In this document: one piece after another, positions 1 to 10,548 of the stretch | How the letters are laid out: every line of letters begins with the position of its first letter | How positions within the stretch are numbered: the first letter of the stretch is position 1 | Origin: an uncultured Actinomycetota bacterium | GTDB lineage: Bacteria > Actinomycetota > Actinomycetes > Propionibacteriales > Nocardioidaceae | DNA: 64,000 nt | NCBI GenBank assembly: GCA_963701485.1 | Contig: CAVPAA010000007.1 | Coordinates: 6,894-70,893 of the forward strand | Direction: 5' to 3' | The notes under the pieces: generated by a model | Seen by the model: only the letters and a program-made list of their open reading frames with translations | What the model was told of the DNA's origin: nothing | The model's database searches: none | Made by a program: the position numbers and the translations under genes

Positions 1-114
1 CCTCGAGATGTTGAACGAGTTCAGCACGACGAGCGCCAGCGGCACGTGGATGAAGAGCAGCACGAAGCCGGTGAAGACCAGCAGCACGCCCCGGGTCGCC
101 CTCGAGAAGGTCAT
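1..114 (-). CDS. ABC transporter permease, N-terminal fragment (continues past window start)
   Basis: Minus-strand ATG at 114..112 opens MTFSRATRGVLLVFTGFVLLFIHVPLALVVLNSFNIS, a hydrophobic PotC-like permease N-terminus. It lies 16 nt downstream of the permease at 131..1009 and runs off the window edge. Confidence 0.55.
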   Translation of the reverse strand, partial: MTFSRATRGVLLVFTGFVLLFIHVPLALVVLNSFNISR

Positions 115-130
115 CGTCCGCCTCGTCCGC

Positions 131-1009
131 TCATAGCGAGTCCAGCGCCCCTGTGCGGCGTACCGCTCCCAGGTAGATCACCATCGTGACCACCGGGATG
201 GTGGCGACGGCGGCCGCGAACGGCAGGTTGTTGCCGGTGAGGAACGAGTCGTAGACGACGTTGCCGAGCATCTGGTTGGCCCCGCCGACGATCTTGACCG
301 CGATGTAGTCACCGAGGGTCAACGAGAAGGTGAAGATCGACCCGGCGACCGCTGCCGGGAAGAGCACCGGCAGCACGACGCGGCGCATGGTGGTGCGGGT
401 GGTCGCGCCGAGGTCGGCCGAGGCCTCGATCAACGAGCTCGGCAACCGCTCGAGACCGGCGTACATCGGCAGGATCATGTAGGGCAGCCACAGGTACGAC
501 AGCGTCACGACCGTGGCGACGAGCCCGTAGCCCGGCGAGAGGCCGAGGTCGTCCAGGGGACCGCCGGTGGCGAACATGCCGCGCCAGGCGTACGCCTTGA
601 CGAGGTACGACGCCCACAGCGGGGTCAGCACGGCGATGACGAGCGCGCGCTGGAGCCGGGGCGAGGCGACCTTGGCCATGTAGAGCGCGATCGGGAAGGC
701 CAGCAGCGCGTCGATCACCGTCACCGTCACCGCGATCAGCAGGGTGCGCACGGTGATCGTGCGGTAGACGTCGATGGTGAACAGGTCGCGGTAGTTGTCG
801 AGGTTCCAGACCCGCTCGATGTTGCCGCCGAAGGGGTCGACGGTCCACAGCGACGTGATGAACAGCGCTGCCAGCGAGCCGAGGTAGAGCACGCCGAGCC
901 AGAGCATCGGCGGCCCGAGCAGCAGCCCCAGCCGCAACCGGGGGCGGCGGTGCAGCAGTCCCCACCGGGGGGACGCCGCACCTCCCCCCGGCAGCGGCTG
1001 TGACGTCAT
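131..1009 (-). CDS. ABC transporter permease (polyamine PotB-like)
   Basis: 292-aa ORF with multiple hydrophobic helices and a binding-protein-dependent permease signature region (EASADLGATTRTTMRRVVLP). Sits in an ATPase-SBP-permease-permease operon. Confidence 0.85.
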   Translation of the reverse strand: MTSQPLPGGGAASPRWGLLHRRPRLRLGLLLGPPMLWLGVLYLGSLAALFITSLWTVDPFGGNIERVWNLDNYRDLFTIDVYRTITVRTLLIAVTVTVIDALLAFPIALYMAKVASPRLQRALVIAVLTPLWASYLVKAYAWRGMFATGGPLDDLGLSPGYGLVATVVTLSYLWLPYMILPMYAGLERLPSSLIEASADLGATTRTTMRRVVLPVLFPAAVAGSIFTFSLTLGDYIAVKIVGGANQMLGNVVYDSFLTGNNLPFAAAVATIPVVTMVIYLGAVRRTGALDSL

Positions 1010-1012
1010 GCG

Positions 1013-2231
1013 TCAGCCCTTGATCTCGGTCCAGGCCTGGGTCCAGTCCTGGTACGTCGTGCACGTCACGTCGGTGCGGCCGTCCAGGCACTGCTCGATG
1101 GGCGTCGTCCAGTAGTGGATCTGCTCGGCGTAGGCCTCGTCGCCCGCGTGGTAGGTCTCGCAGAACCCCTTGCTCGTCAGGTCGCACGCCTTCGCGTTGG
1201 CCGGCGCCTCACCGAACCACTCGGCGACGGCTGCGTTGGCCTCGGGGCTGATGATGTGGTTCATCCAGCCGTACGCGCAGTTCGGGCTCTCGGTCGCTGC
1301 CTGCACCATCCAGGTGTCCGACCAGCCGGTCGCTCCCTCGTCGGGGAGGATCGCCTCGACGGGGGCCTTCTCGTCCTTGGCCAGGTTCGCGATCACCTGC
1401 CAGGTGGTGCCGACGACGGAGTCGCCGGTCTTGAAGGACTGGATCTCCTTCAGGTAGTCCGACCAGTACTCGCCGATGTTCTCGCGCTGCTTCTTGAGCA
1501 GGTCGACGGCAGCGGCGAGCTGGTCCTGGTCGAGCGAGTACGGGTTCTCGATGCCGAGGTCGGGCTGCGTCTCCATCAGGTAGAGGGCGGCGTCGGCGAT
1601 GTAGATCGGCGAGTCGTAGGCCGTGACCTTGCCGGAGTACGACGACGCGTCGTCGAAGACCGCGCTCCAGCTCGTGGGCGCGGGGGCGACCACGTCGGTG
1701 TTGTACATCAGCAGGTTGGCACCGTAGCCGTGCGGGACGCCGTACATCTGGCCGCCGACGGAGTTCCAGTCGCGGTCCTTCAGGAACGGCCAGACGTCGG
1801 CGTAGTTGGCGATCAGGTCGGTGTTGACCGGGGCCACGTCACCGCCGGCGATGAGTCGCAGGGACGCGTCCCCCGAGGCGGACACCACGTCGTACTGGCC
1901 CGTCTTCATCAGGTTGACCGCCTCGTCGGAGGTGCCGAAGTACTTGACGTCGACCTGGCAGCCCGTCTCCTTCTCGAAGGGGGTCACCCAGTCGACGGAC
2001 GGGTCGGTCGAGCCGTCCTCCGCGTAGCCGGGCCAGGCCAGCACGCTGAGGCTGTCCTCGTACTCCCCGAGCTGGTCGGCCATCGCGACGTCCGGAGCGG
2101 TGAATCCGCCTTGCGCCTCGGTCCCGGCGCTGCTCGTCGTCGTCGCTGTCGTCGCCTGAGGACGTGCCGCAGCCGGTGAGCGCGAGCGCGAACGCTGCGA
2201 CCGTCGCGGCGAGCCTGGTGGTCTGCTTCAT
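1013..2231 (-). pseudogene. ABC transporter substrate-binding lipoprotein (PotD/PotF-like), signal peptide and mature domain in different frames
   Basis: ATG 2231 (ATGA overlap with the upstream ATPase stop) gives lipobox signal MKQTTRLAATVAAFALALTGCG in one frame. The 356-aa periplasmic binding domain (1013..2083) is in another frame, which has no start codon upstream of 2083. The frame change lies about 2100-2165. Confidence 0.7.
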
Positions 2232-3289
2232 GACTTCTCCTTCTTCTCAGGCTGGCGCGCCTGCTCTGGGTGGCCCGAGAGTTCGATGACGTGCTCGTCG
2301 GCCCAGCCGACGGTGACCTGCTGTCCCCGACGGCTCATCGCCTGGTCCGTGCTGTCCTTGAGGTTCTGCTTCAGCACCGTGAGGGTCGGACCGGCCTCGA
2401 GCTCGACGAGGTAGTGGTTGACCGAGCCGAGGTAGACGACGTCGGCCACGGTCCCCCGGGCGGTCGTGTTGCCGGACTCGACGTCCGAGTCGAGGTGGAT
2501 CTTCTCCGGGCGGATGCTGAACGTGCCCTCCCGTCCGAGCACGGCCGGAGCCGCCTCCCCGGTGAGCAGGTTCGAGGTGCCCACGAAGCCGGCGACGAAG
2601 GCGGTGCTGGGGTTCTCGTAGAGCTCCGCAGGGGTTGCGACCTGCTCGATACGGCCGTCGCTGAAGACGGCGATCCGGTCGCTCATCGTGAGGGCCTCCT
2701 CCTGGTCGTGCGTCACGAACACGAAGGTGATGCCGACCTCCCGCTGCAGCTGCTTGAGCTCGAGCTGCATCGCCCGGCGCAGCTTGAGGTCGAGGGCACC
2801 GAGGGGCTCGTCGAGCAGCAGCACCTTGGGGCGGTTGACCAGCGCCCGCGCGAGCGCCACGCGCTGGCGCTGGCCGCCGGAGAGCTGGGTCGGTCGGCGG
2901 CGGGCGAGCTGCCCCAGCTGCACGGACTCGAGGGCCGCCATCGCGCGGTCCCGACGTTGGGACGCGGGCACCTTCTTCACCCGCAGCCCGTACTCGACGT
3001 TGTCGAGGACGTCCATGTGCGGGAACAGGGCGTAGTCCTGGAAGACCGTGTTGACGTCACGGGCGAACGGCGGACGCGAGGTCACGTCGTCGCCGTCGAG
3101 CAGCACCCTCCCGGCGCTCGGCTGCTCGAAGCCGGCGATCATCCGCAGCACGGTGGTCTTGCCGGATCCGCTCGGGCCGAGCATCGAGAAGAACTCGCCG
3201 TTCTCGATGCGCAGGTCGAGGTCGTCCACGGCCGTGACGCTGCCGAAGGACTTGGTGAGGCCGACCAGCTCGACGGCCGGAGTGCTCAT
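2228..3289 (-). CDS. ABC transporter ATP-binding protein (PotA-like)
   Basis: Walker A GPSGSGKT, ABC signature LSGGQRQR, Walker B LLLDEP, and a C-terminal TOBE-like region. Start chosen at ATG 3289 (MSTPAVELVGL) behind RBS GGAGGAAG. Confidence 0.9.
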   Translation of the reverse strand: MSTPAVELVGLTKSFGSVTAVDDLDLRIENGEFFSMLGPSGSGKTTVLRMIAGFEQPSAGRVLLDGDDVTSRPPFARDVNTVFQDYALFPHMDVLDNVEYGLRVKKVPASQRRDRAMAALESVQLGQLARRRPTQLSGGQRQRVALARALVNRPKVLLLDEPLGALDLKLRRAMQLELKQLQREVGITFVFVTHDQEEALTMSDRIAVFSDGRIEQVATPAELYENPSTAFVAGFVGTSNLLTGEAAPAVLGREGTFSIRPEKIHLDSDVESGNTTARGTVADVVYLGSVNHYLVELEAGPTLTVLKQNLKDSTDQAMSRRGQQVTVGWADEHVIELSGHPEQARQPEKKEKS

Positions 3290-3447
3290 GCAGCTTCCTC
3301 CCCCACGCTCGGGACGACGGAATGCGTTGCGGAACTCAGAGTAGGACCTCCGATCCCGCACTGAACATCATCGACGGGTCACGATTCGGCGCAGGAAAAC
3401 GAGGTCACTGGTCCATACCAGGACGTGGTGCGGCGCGTCCGGACACG

Positions 3448-3482
3448 CAGCAGGGCCCCCGCCGGAGGCGGGGGCCCTGCTG
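3448..3482 (-). terminator. GC-rich hairpin, likely terminator of the collagen-like gene
   Basis: Perfect 15-bp stem CAGCAGGGCCCCCGC / GCGGGGGCCCTGCTG with a 5-nt loop, between the collagen-like gene and the potA-like start. No clear U-tract. Confidence 0.55.
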
Positions 3483-3489
3483 GTGGTGG

Positions 3490-5059
3490 TGCGGTCAGGC
3501 TCGTCAGCTGACCGAGCAGCGGCAGCGCGAACTGGTTGGCTGCCCCAGCGGGAGCGGGGAGGCCCAGCTCGGCCAGGGTGACCGCGCGCAGCAACCACCC
3601 GTCTGCGCTGGCCCGCGTTGGCGCCGCACGCCGGGTTGTCCGACGAGCCGCAGAGGTGAACGAGCCAGAGGTCGCGTAACCCTGGTTCACGGTGCTCGGC
3701 ACCATCCAGCTGCGTTGCGCACCGCTGAAGACGGCGGCCTTGCCGAACAGTCGGCATTGCCGCCGCCGCTGCCGTCGTTGAGGTAGGCGTCACCGGCTGG
3801 TTGCCCGGGGTGCCGCACGCGTCGGTGTAGTAGATCTGGCCCGGCGCCGTCAGACCACGTCCCAGCCGAGCCGTGAGAGGTAACCGTTCGAGGTCACGAA
3901 GCTCACGCTCGTGGTGGCCATGGAGACGACCTTGCCGAGCGTGCACGCCGTTGCCGTCCTTGAGGACGAGTCCAGCCCGCACCCGCCGGGCCCTGCGGAC
4001 CCGTGCGCACCGGTGTCACCCTTCGGGCCGGTCGCACCGACGGGGCCCTGCGGACCCTGGGGACCCTGGGGCCGACTGGCGGACCGGCCGGCGCCGACCG
4101 GCCCGGTGGCGCCGGTCTCGCCGGTGGCGCCTGCCTGGCCGATGGCGACCCGTCGCGCCGGTCGCGCCCGTCTCGCACCGGTCGCACCGGTGTCGCCCTT
4201 GTCGCCCTTGGGACCGATCGGACCGCGGAGGTTGACGACCGGCGGTCCAGCCGCCGGCGCCCTTCTCGTAGGCGTCCCACGAGGTGGTGTTCAGGTACCA
4301 GTCGCCGACGGCGCCGGTGCCGGCGGCCGGGGCGATCGTCGCCCGCAGCCACTTCGCTGCCGGCGGCGCCGGCGTCGCCCTTGCGCCCGTACCGCCCTGG
4401 GCGCCGGTCAGACCGGTGTCGCCCTGGTCACCCTTGACGCCGGCGTCGCCCTTCTCGCCGGGTCGCCCTGGTCGCCCTTGTCGCCCGTGGCACCGGCTGC
4501 GCCGGTCAGACCGGTGTCGCCCGGTCACCCTTGGCGCCGGTCGAGCCGGTGTCGCCCTTCGTCGCCCTTGTCGCCCTGCGCGCCGGTCAGCACCGGTGTC
4601 GCCCTTGTCGCCCTTCGCGCCGGTGTCACCCTTGGCGCCCGTCGCCCCGCTGGCGCCCGTGGCGCCAGACGCGCCCTGCGGGCCGACGGCGCCGGGGGCA
4701 CCGGTGGCACCCATGATGTTGACGCGGAGCTCCCAGCCGCGCGGCGTGTTCTTGTAGGCGTCACCGGTGGCGGTGTCGAGGTACCAGCTGTTCGTCGAGC
4801 CGTCCTTGGCGCTCGGGGCGCCGACGCCGGAGTTCCAGCTCGTGCGGAGGCTCGTCGACCGCCGCGGTGCTCAGCTGTCGCTTGCCGAGCGAGCGATCGG
4901 CGATGTCGGCACCGGTGATGGACTTGTCCTTGATGTCCTTGCCGGTGATCAGGGCGCCGGCCGTGGCGCCGCCGACGCCGGCCGACACCACCAGGGCACC
5001 GGCGACGAGGATGGCAGAGACGGTGCGGCCCTTCGGGCGCGAGAGGTGAGCGAGCGCAA
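3490..5059 (-). pseudogene. collagen-like (Gly-X-Y repeat) secreted/surface protein, multiply frame-disrupted
   Basis: Minus strand reads an N-terminal hydrophobic segment AILVAGALVVSAGVGG, then ITGKDIKDKSITGADIADRSLGKRQLS. Two modules follow (NSWYLDTATGDAYKNTPRGWELRVNIMG and GDWYLNTTSWDAYEKGAGGWTA), each ahead of long GXY tracts (GATGAPGAVGPQGASGATGASGATGAKGDTGAKGDKGDTG...). The GXY reading hops between all three frames at least 8 times. Exact ends are uncertain. Confidence 0.6.
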
Positions 5060-5184
5060 GATGGTGACCCCCAGGAGTCGAGTGGCGCCCCCTCGATGGC
5101 GGCGCGGCACCCGCAGCCTAGGAACCGCAGCCGCCCACGTCCGGCGATCGGCACGATCACCCCTTCGGGTGTGACGTACGCAAC

Positions 5185-5210
5185 AAGGCCCCCGCCGGAG
5201 CGGGGGCCTT
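5185..5210 (-). terminator. groEL terminator hairpin
   Basis: AAGGCCCCCGC-cgga-GCGGGGGCCTT, an 11-bp perfect stem 29 nt downstream of the groEL stop. Confidence 0.65.
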
Positions 5211-5238
5211 GCCGATGGTGCTGGGTGGAGCGGAGGAC

Positions 5239-7026
<1,788 letters not shown>

Positions 7027-7032
7027 TCATGT

Positions 7033-7059
7033 TTAGCACTCGACCCCCGAGAGTGCAAA
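7033..7059. promoter_or_regulatory. CIRCE (HrcA operator) upstream of groEL
   Basis: TTAGCACTC-GACCCCCGA-GAGTGCAAA, a near-perfect CIRCE inverted repeat with a 9-nt spacer. Confidence 0.85.
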
Positions 7060-7060
7060 C

Positions 7061-7085
7061 GCCGCCCCGGGGATCCCGGGGCGGC
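7061..7085 (-). terminator. hairpin terminator after the TadG-like gene
   Basis: GCCGCCCCGGG-gat-CCCGGGGCGGC, an 11-bp perfect stem 32 nt downstream of the stop at 7117. Confidence 0.6.
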
Positions 7086-7116
7086 GTCGGCAGGTGGACG
7101 GTGACCACGGTGTGGC

Positions 7117-8917
7117 CTACTCGATGAGTCGGACCGGCTCGCCGTCGATGCGGGCAGTCCAGGTGGTCGAGTCGGTGACCGCGTTGGAGCCGCCGAAGTT
7201 GACCGCCGACGCGGAACCAGCAGCCACCCGGGACGCGGTACGTTGCAGGTGTAGTTGTTGGGGATCGGGCACCCGGATCGTCTGGCTCTTACCGTTCCAG
7301 CCGTTAGCGGCGTGATGCCGGTGATCTTGCAGTTGCGTCAGGGTGGCGTTGACCTTGCCCGTGCCCTTGCAGCCTGCGATGGATGTGCGTGCTGCCCATG
7401 CTTCGAGTCGCCCGGCGGGAGGATCTGCATCGTGCCGCCGCTGCGCAGCCTCGCCGACGTCGAAGAACGTCGAAGACCAAGCGTCTTGGACGCCGCCGCA
7501 GGGACGACCCGGACCAGGTTGAAGCTCGGTGTTGGCGCCCGTGGCATTGGCGTAGATCGGCATCCGCTCGAAAGCCGAGACCGACAGGTCACCCGACGCG
7601 ATGCCGGCACCATAGGCCCGGAGGGCGAACCGGTTGGCGCCACCTCCGCCGACCGTCAGGTCGTCGCCGGCCTGGTTGTAGACGTTCAGGTTTCCTTGGT
7701 ACCCACCTCGGCCGTCCGGGCTGGTGGTGCTGAGCTTCACGTTGGTCCGGACCTGGAGGTAGTGCTCGCCGGCCTTGACGGGCGTGAACGTGCACATCGT
7801 GACCCACTGGTGGAACACCTTCGCCAGATCGTCCTTGTAGGCATTGGTCCCTGTGGAACCCTTGCGCAGCTTGTCGCGGTTCAGGTCCGTGGCACCGTAT
7901 CCCGGGTACTGCCGCACGCATCCCGAGACTGGCACCGCGTTGCGGGGGTCGTTGGTGTCTGTAGTGCCGCGCAGACCGAACGACGTCACAGTCGGGACGC
8001 TCGTCGAGGCCACGTCGCCTGTACAGAACCGGTTCATCGCTCCCGATGCCTGCTTCTTGTAGCGGTCGATGGCGTCGGTCTTGGTCCAGTCGTTCCAGTT
8101 GTTGTTGTTGACCGCCGTGCCTGCAGGTCCGGCCTCGCAGTAGTCCCCCTGAGCGACGAAGGCCGGGTCGTAGATCTGGACCGTGACGGGCTTGCCGACG
8201 GCAGTGGCCCCCACTCGAATGACGTAGTAGTAGCCCCGCGGGTCGAAGTCGATGTTCTTGCCGCTGGCGCAGCCGTCATCGCTTGCGCTGCACGACCGGG
8301 TCATGAACTGGTCACCGTTGCCCTTGGGCCAGTCGGGCCCACCGATGTTCGGCCCAGAAGTCCGGTTCGGTGGAACAATTGGCGCCGGCGGCTTGGAGAG
8401 CTGACTGGTCCTGGGGGCCGAGCGACGTGGTGCCCAGCGGCTCGTTGCCGAACGTGTTGCAGGGGCTGCCCATCGGTGCCGGCCCGTTGTAGTCGGCCAC
8501 TGCGCCTCGGGCGATGTTGGTCGTGTCGATCCCGAAGCTCTTCGCGAAGGTGTTGTCCACCTGTTGACTGATGACGACCTTGAGCTGGGTCGGCTTCGCA
8601 CCGGGCGAGACGGTGATCACGGTGCCACCACCAGCGGTGTACCCGTTGGATGTCGCGATCTCGATCGCCCTGGCCTTGGCCTTGTCGAAGTCGTCGGGCA
8701 TGAACGTGACCCCAGCGGTGGACGCGGCATCCGCAGCGGCCTGGAGCCGCTGGGCCTCGACCCACCAACGCGCCATGTCCACGCCGACCGCGCACAGCGG
8801 CAGGGCCAGGAACGCGAACATCAGTGCTCCGATCACCATCACGGCGCCACGCTCGTTCCGGGTGCGCGGGGGACGACGGACCGTGACCGTGCGTGTGCTC
8901 ATTGATGCGTCCTTCAT
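7117..8917 (-). pseudogene. TadG-like (Flp pilus assembly TadE/G family) large secreted protein, frame-disrupted (or split into two genes)
   Basis: ATG 8917 (ATGA overlap with the TadE-like stop) gives ...NERGAVMVIGALMFAFLALPLCAVGVDMARWWVEAQRLQAAADAA (TadG N-terminal motif) up to ...CSTEPDFWA. The reading then continues as NIGGPDWPKGNGDQF... in the frame of ORF 7117..8601, with a shift near 8352. Further possible shifts lie near 7540 and 7290. Alternative: two genes, 8312..8917 and 7117..8304. Confidence 0.6.
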
Positions 8918-9558
8918 GAGTGCGCGTTGAGTGTGCCGGGCATGCAGCGATCGGTCTCGAGGGGCTCGAACTGCATGACCGTCTTCTCTTCGATGGTCAG
9001 GCTGCTTCCGAAGAGGCCTGAGACCAAGCCGTGGTCGACCTGCATAGCCACCCCAACGCTGTCGCGGTCCTTGTGGTTGACGCACGCATTGACCGTGGCC
9101 GATGCCCAACTGCCGCTGGAGTAGCGGAACTTGTCCAGTCCCGCATCCCAGACGTACTTCACACACGTGGACGCGCAGGTCAGGTCGCTCTGTCCCGCCG
9201 GGAAACCATTGGCCCCCGGCTTGTAGATCATCACCCACTCGATGTCCTCGGAGTTGAGCGCGCTTGCGGTCCGCTGGATGGCGTCCGCAGCACCCTGGGC
9301 GAAGGCCGGGGCGTTGGCGGGGGTACACGGTGGCGGATTGGCACTCGCCTGGCACGTCCCGGGCCCTGCCCCGGCGGAGGCAGATGCGGTACGCGCACCG
9401 GTGCGCACTGCGCTGCTGACCGAGACGTAGTCCTTCATCAGGAAGGCACTCTCGATGATAATGAAGAGCAGCAGGATCAGCGGCATGACGATCAGCGCGA
9501 ACTCCACTGCCGCGGCTCCACGCTCATCCGAACGCATACGTCTACGACCAAGCTTCAC
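8914..9558 (-). CDS. TadE-like pilus assembly protein
   Basis: N-terminus ...SDERGAAAVEFALIVMPLILLLFIIIESAF is the TadE/TadG signature. GTG 9558 has RBS AGAGGA 6 nt upstream. ATG 9537 is the alternative start. Confidence 0.7.
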   Translation of the reverse strand: MKLGRRRMRSDERGAAAVEFALIVMPLILLLFIIIESAFLMKDYVSVSSAVRTGARTASASAGAGPGTCQASANPPPCTPANAPAFAQGAADAIQRTASALNSEDIEWVMIYKPGANGFPAGQSDLTCASTCVKYVWDAGLDKFRYSSGSWASATVNACVNHKDRDSVGVAMQVDHGLVSGLFGSSLTIEEKTVMQFEPLETDRCMPGTLNAHS

Positions 9559-9678
9559 GTGATGTCCTCTGCTCAGTGCTGGAGGACCGCGTGCGGACGG
9601 TCCCGAAGGCAATTAGCCCAGAGGTCGACGCTAGGGGTGCGGGGTTCGCGACATACTCCCCCGATCAGACCATTTGGC

Positions 9679-10548
9679 CTAGTCCGATCGAGTCATCAAT
9701 CGTGCCTTGAGCAGGTCGGCGAACGGCTCCGCGTTGGCCGGCGACACGTCGAGGTAGAGGCCCGGCTCGATCAGCTCGAGCTCGCTCACCACCCACCCGC
9801 CGTCCCAGCGCAGCAGGTCGACGCGGAGGTAGTCCATCGGACGGCCGAAGCGCTCGGCCATCGCGTCGTACGCGCGCATCACCAGGTCGCCGACGTCGCC
9901 GGTCTCGACGGCGCGCACCCGGCCGCCGAACTCCTCGTTGACGCGTACGTCGCCCTCGCCGGGCAGCTTGTCGAAGCGCTGGCCGACCCGACCGTCGAGG
10001 ACGTAGACCGACGCCTCGCCGTGGGTGCGGATCGACTCCACGAGCGGCTGGACGACCCAGGGACCGTCGACCTCGGGGTAGTCGACGTGGCTGCGGACCG
10101 GCCGGCCGAGACGGGGGTCGTCGGGGTCGGTGACCACCAGGAGACCCGCTCCCCCGGCCCCGACGCGGGGCTTGACCACCGCGGTGCCGAAGTGGCGCAC
10201 CGCGTCGGCCAGTCCGGCCCGGTCGTCGGCGAGCAGCGTCGGCACCGCCGGCAGGTCGCCGAGCTCGGTGAGGTAGCGCTTGTCGTGGTTCCAGGTGAAG
10301 ACGTCGGCGCCGTTGAGCAGACGGGCCTGGTCGAGCGACGCCGCCCAGGAGAGGAACTCACCGTGGCGGGTGACGTAGTCCCAGGTGGACCGCACCGCGA
10401 CGAGGTCGGCCGCGGACCAGTCGACGGACGGGTCGTCCCACCGGGCCCAGGCGAAGTCGGTGCCGCGGGCGTGGAGGACGGCGTCGAGGGCGCCCGCGCC
10501 GGGCTCCCCCTGCGGCAGGTCACCGCTGGTGGCGAGCAGGACGGTCAT
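9679..10548 (-). CDS. ATP-grasp domain protein (RimK/GshB-like fold, unknown substrate)
   Basis: 289 aa, MTVLLATSGD...STWDY...NHDKRYL...AVVKPRVGAGGAGLL...VVQPLV...GEASVYVLDG...GDVRVNEEFGG...YLRVDLL. The ATG overlaps the upstream stop (ATGA at 10545-10548). Confidence 0.7.
   Translation of the reverse strand: MTVLLATSGDLPQGEPGAGALDAVLHARGTDFAWARWDDPSVDWSAADLVAVRSTWDYVTRHGEFLSWAASLDQARLLNGADVFTWNHDKRYLTELGDLPAVPTLLADDRAGLADAVRHFGTAVVKPRVGAGGAGLLVVTDPDDPRLGRPVRSHVDYPEVDGPWVVQPLVESIRTHGEASVYVLDGRVGQRFDKLPGEGDVRVNEEFGGRVRAVETGDVGDLVMRAYDAMAERFGRPMDYLRVDLLRWDGGWVVSELELIEPGLYLDVSPANAEPFADLLKARLMTRSD

Noticed and set aside
3448-5210. Near-identical hairpin cores (GGCCCCCGCCGGAG(G)CGGGGGCC at 3454-3476 and 5187-5208) as terminal repeats of a mobile element carrying the collagen-like gene
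   Set aside because: Both are in the same orientation, sit exactly where terminators of the collagen-like gene and groEL are expected, and are simple GC hairpins of a type common in actinobacteria. No transposase or target duplication is present. The similarity is noted but is insufficient for a mobile-element call.
9559-9678. Hidden Flp pilin gene or RiPP precursor between the ATP-grasp and TadE-like genes
   Set aside because: Translation of both strands gives only 2-7-codon ORFs. There is no G/XXXXEY-type pilin leader and no Ser/Thr/Asp/Glu-rich core peptide.
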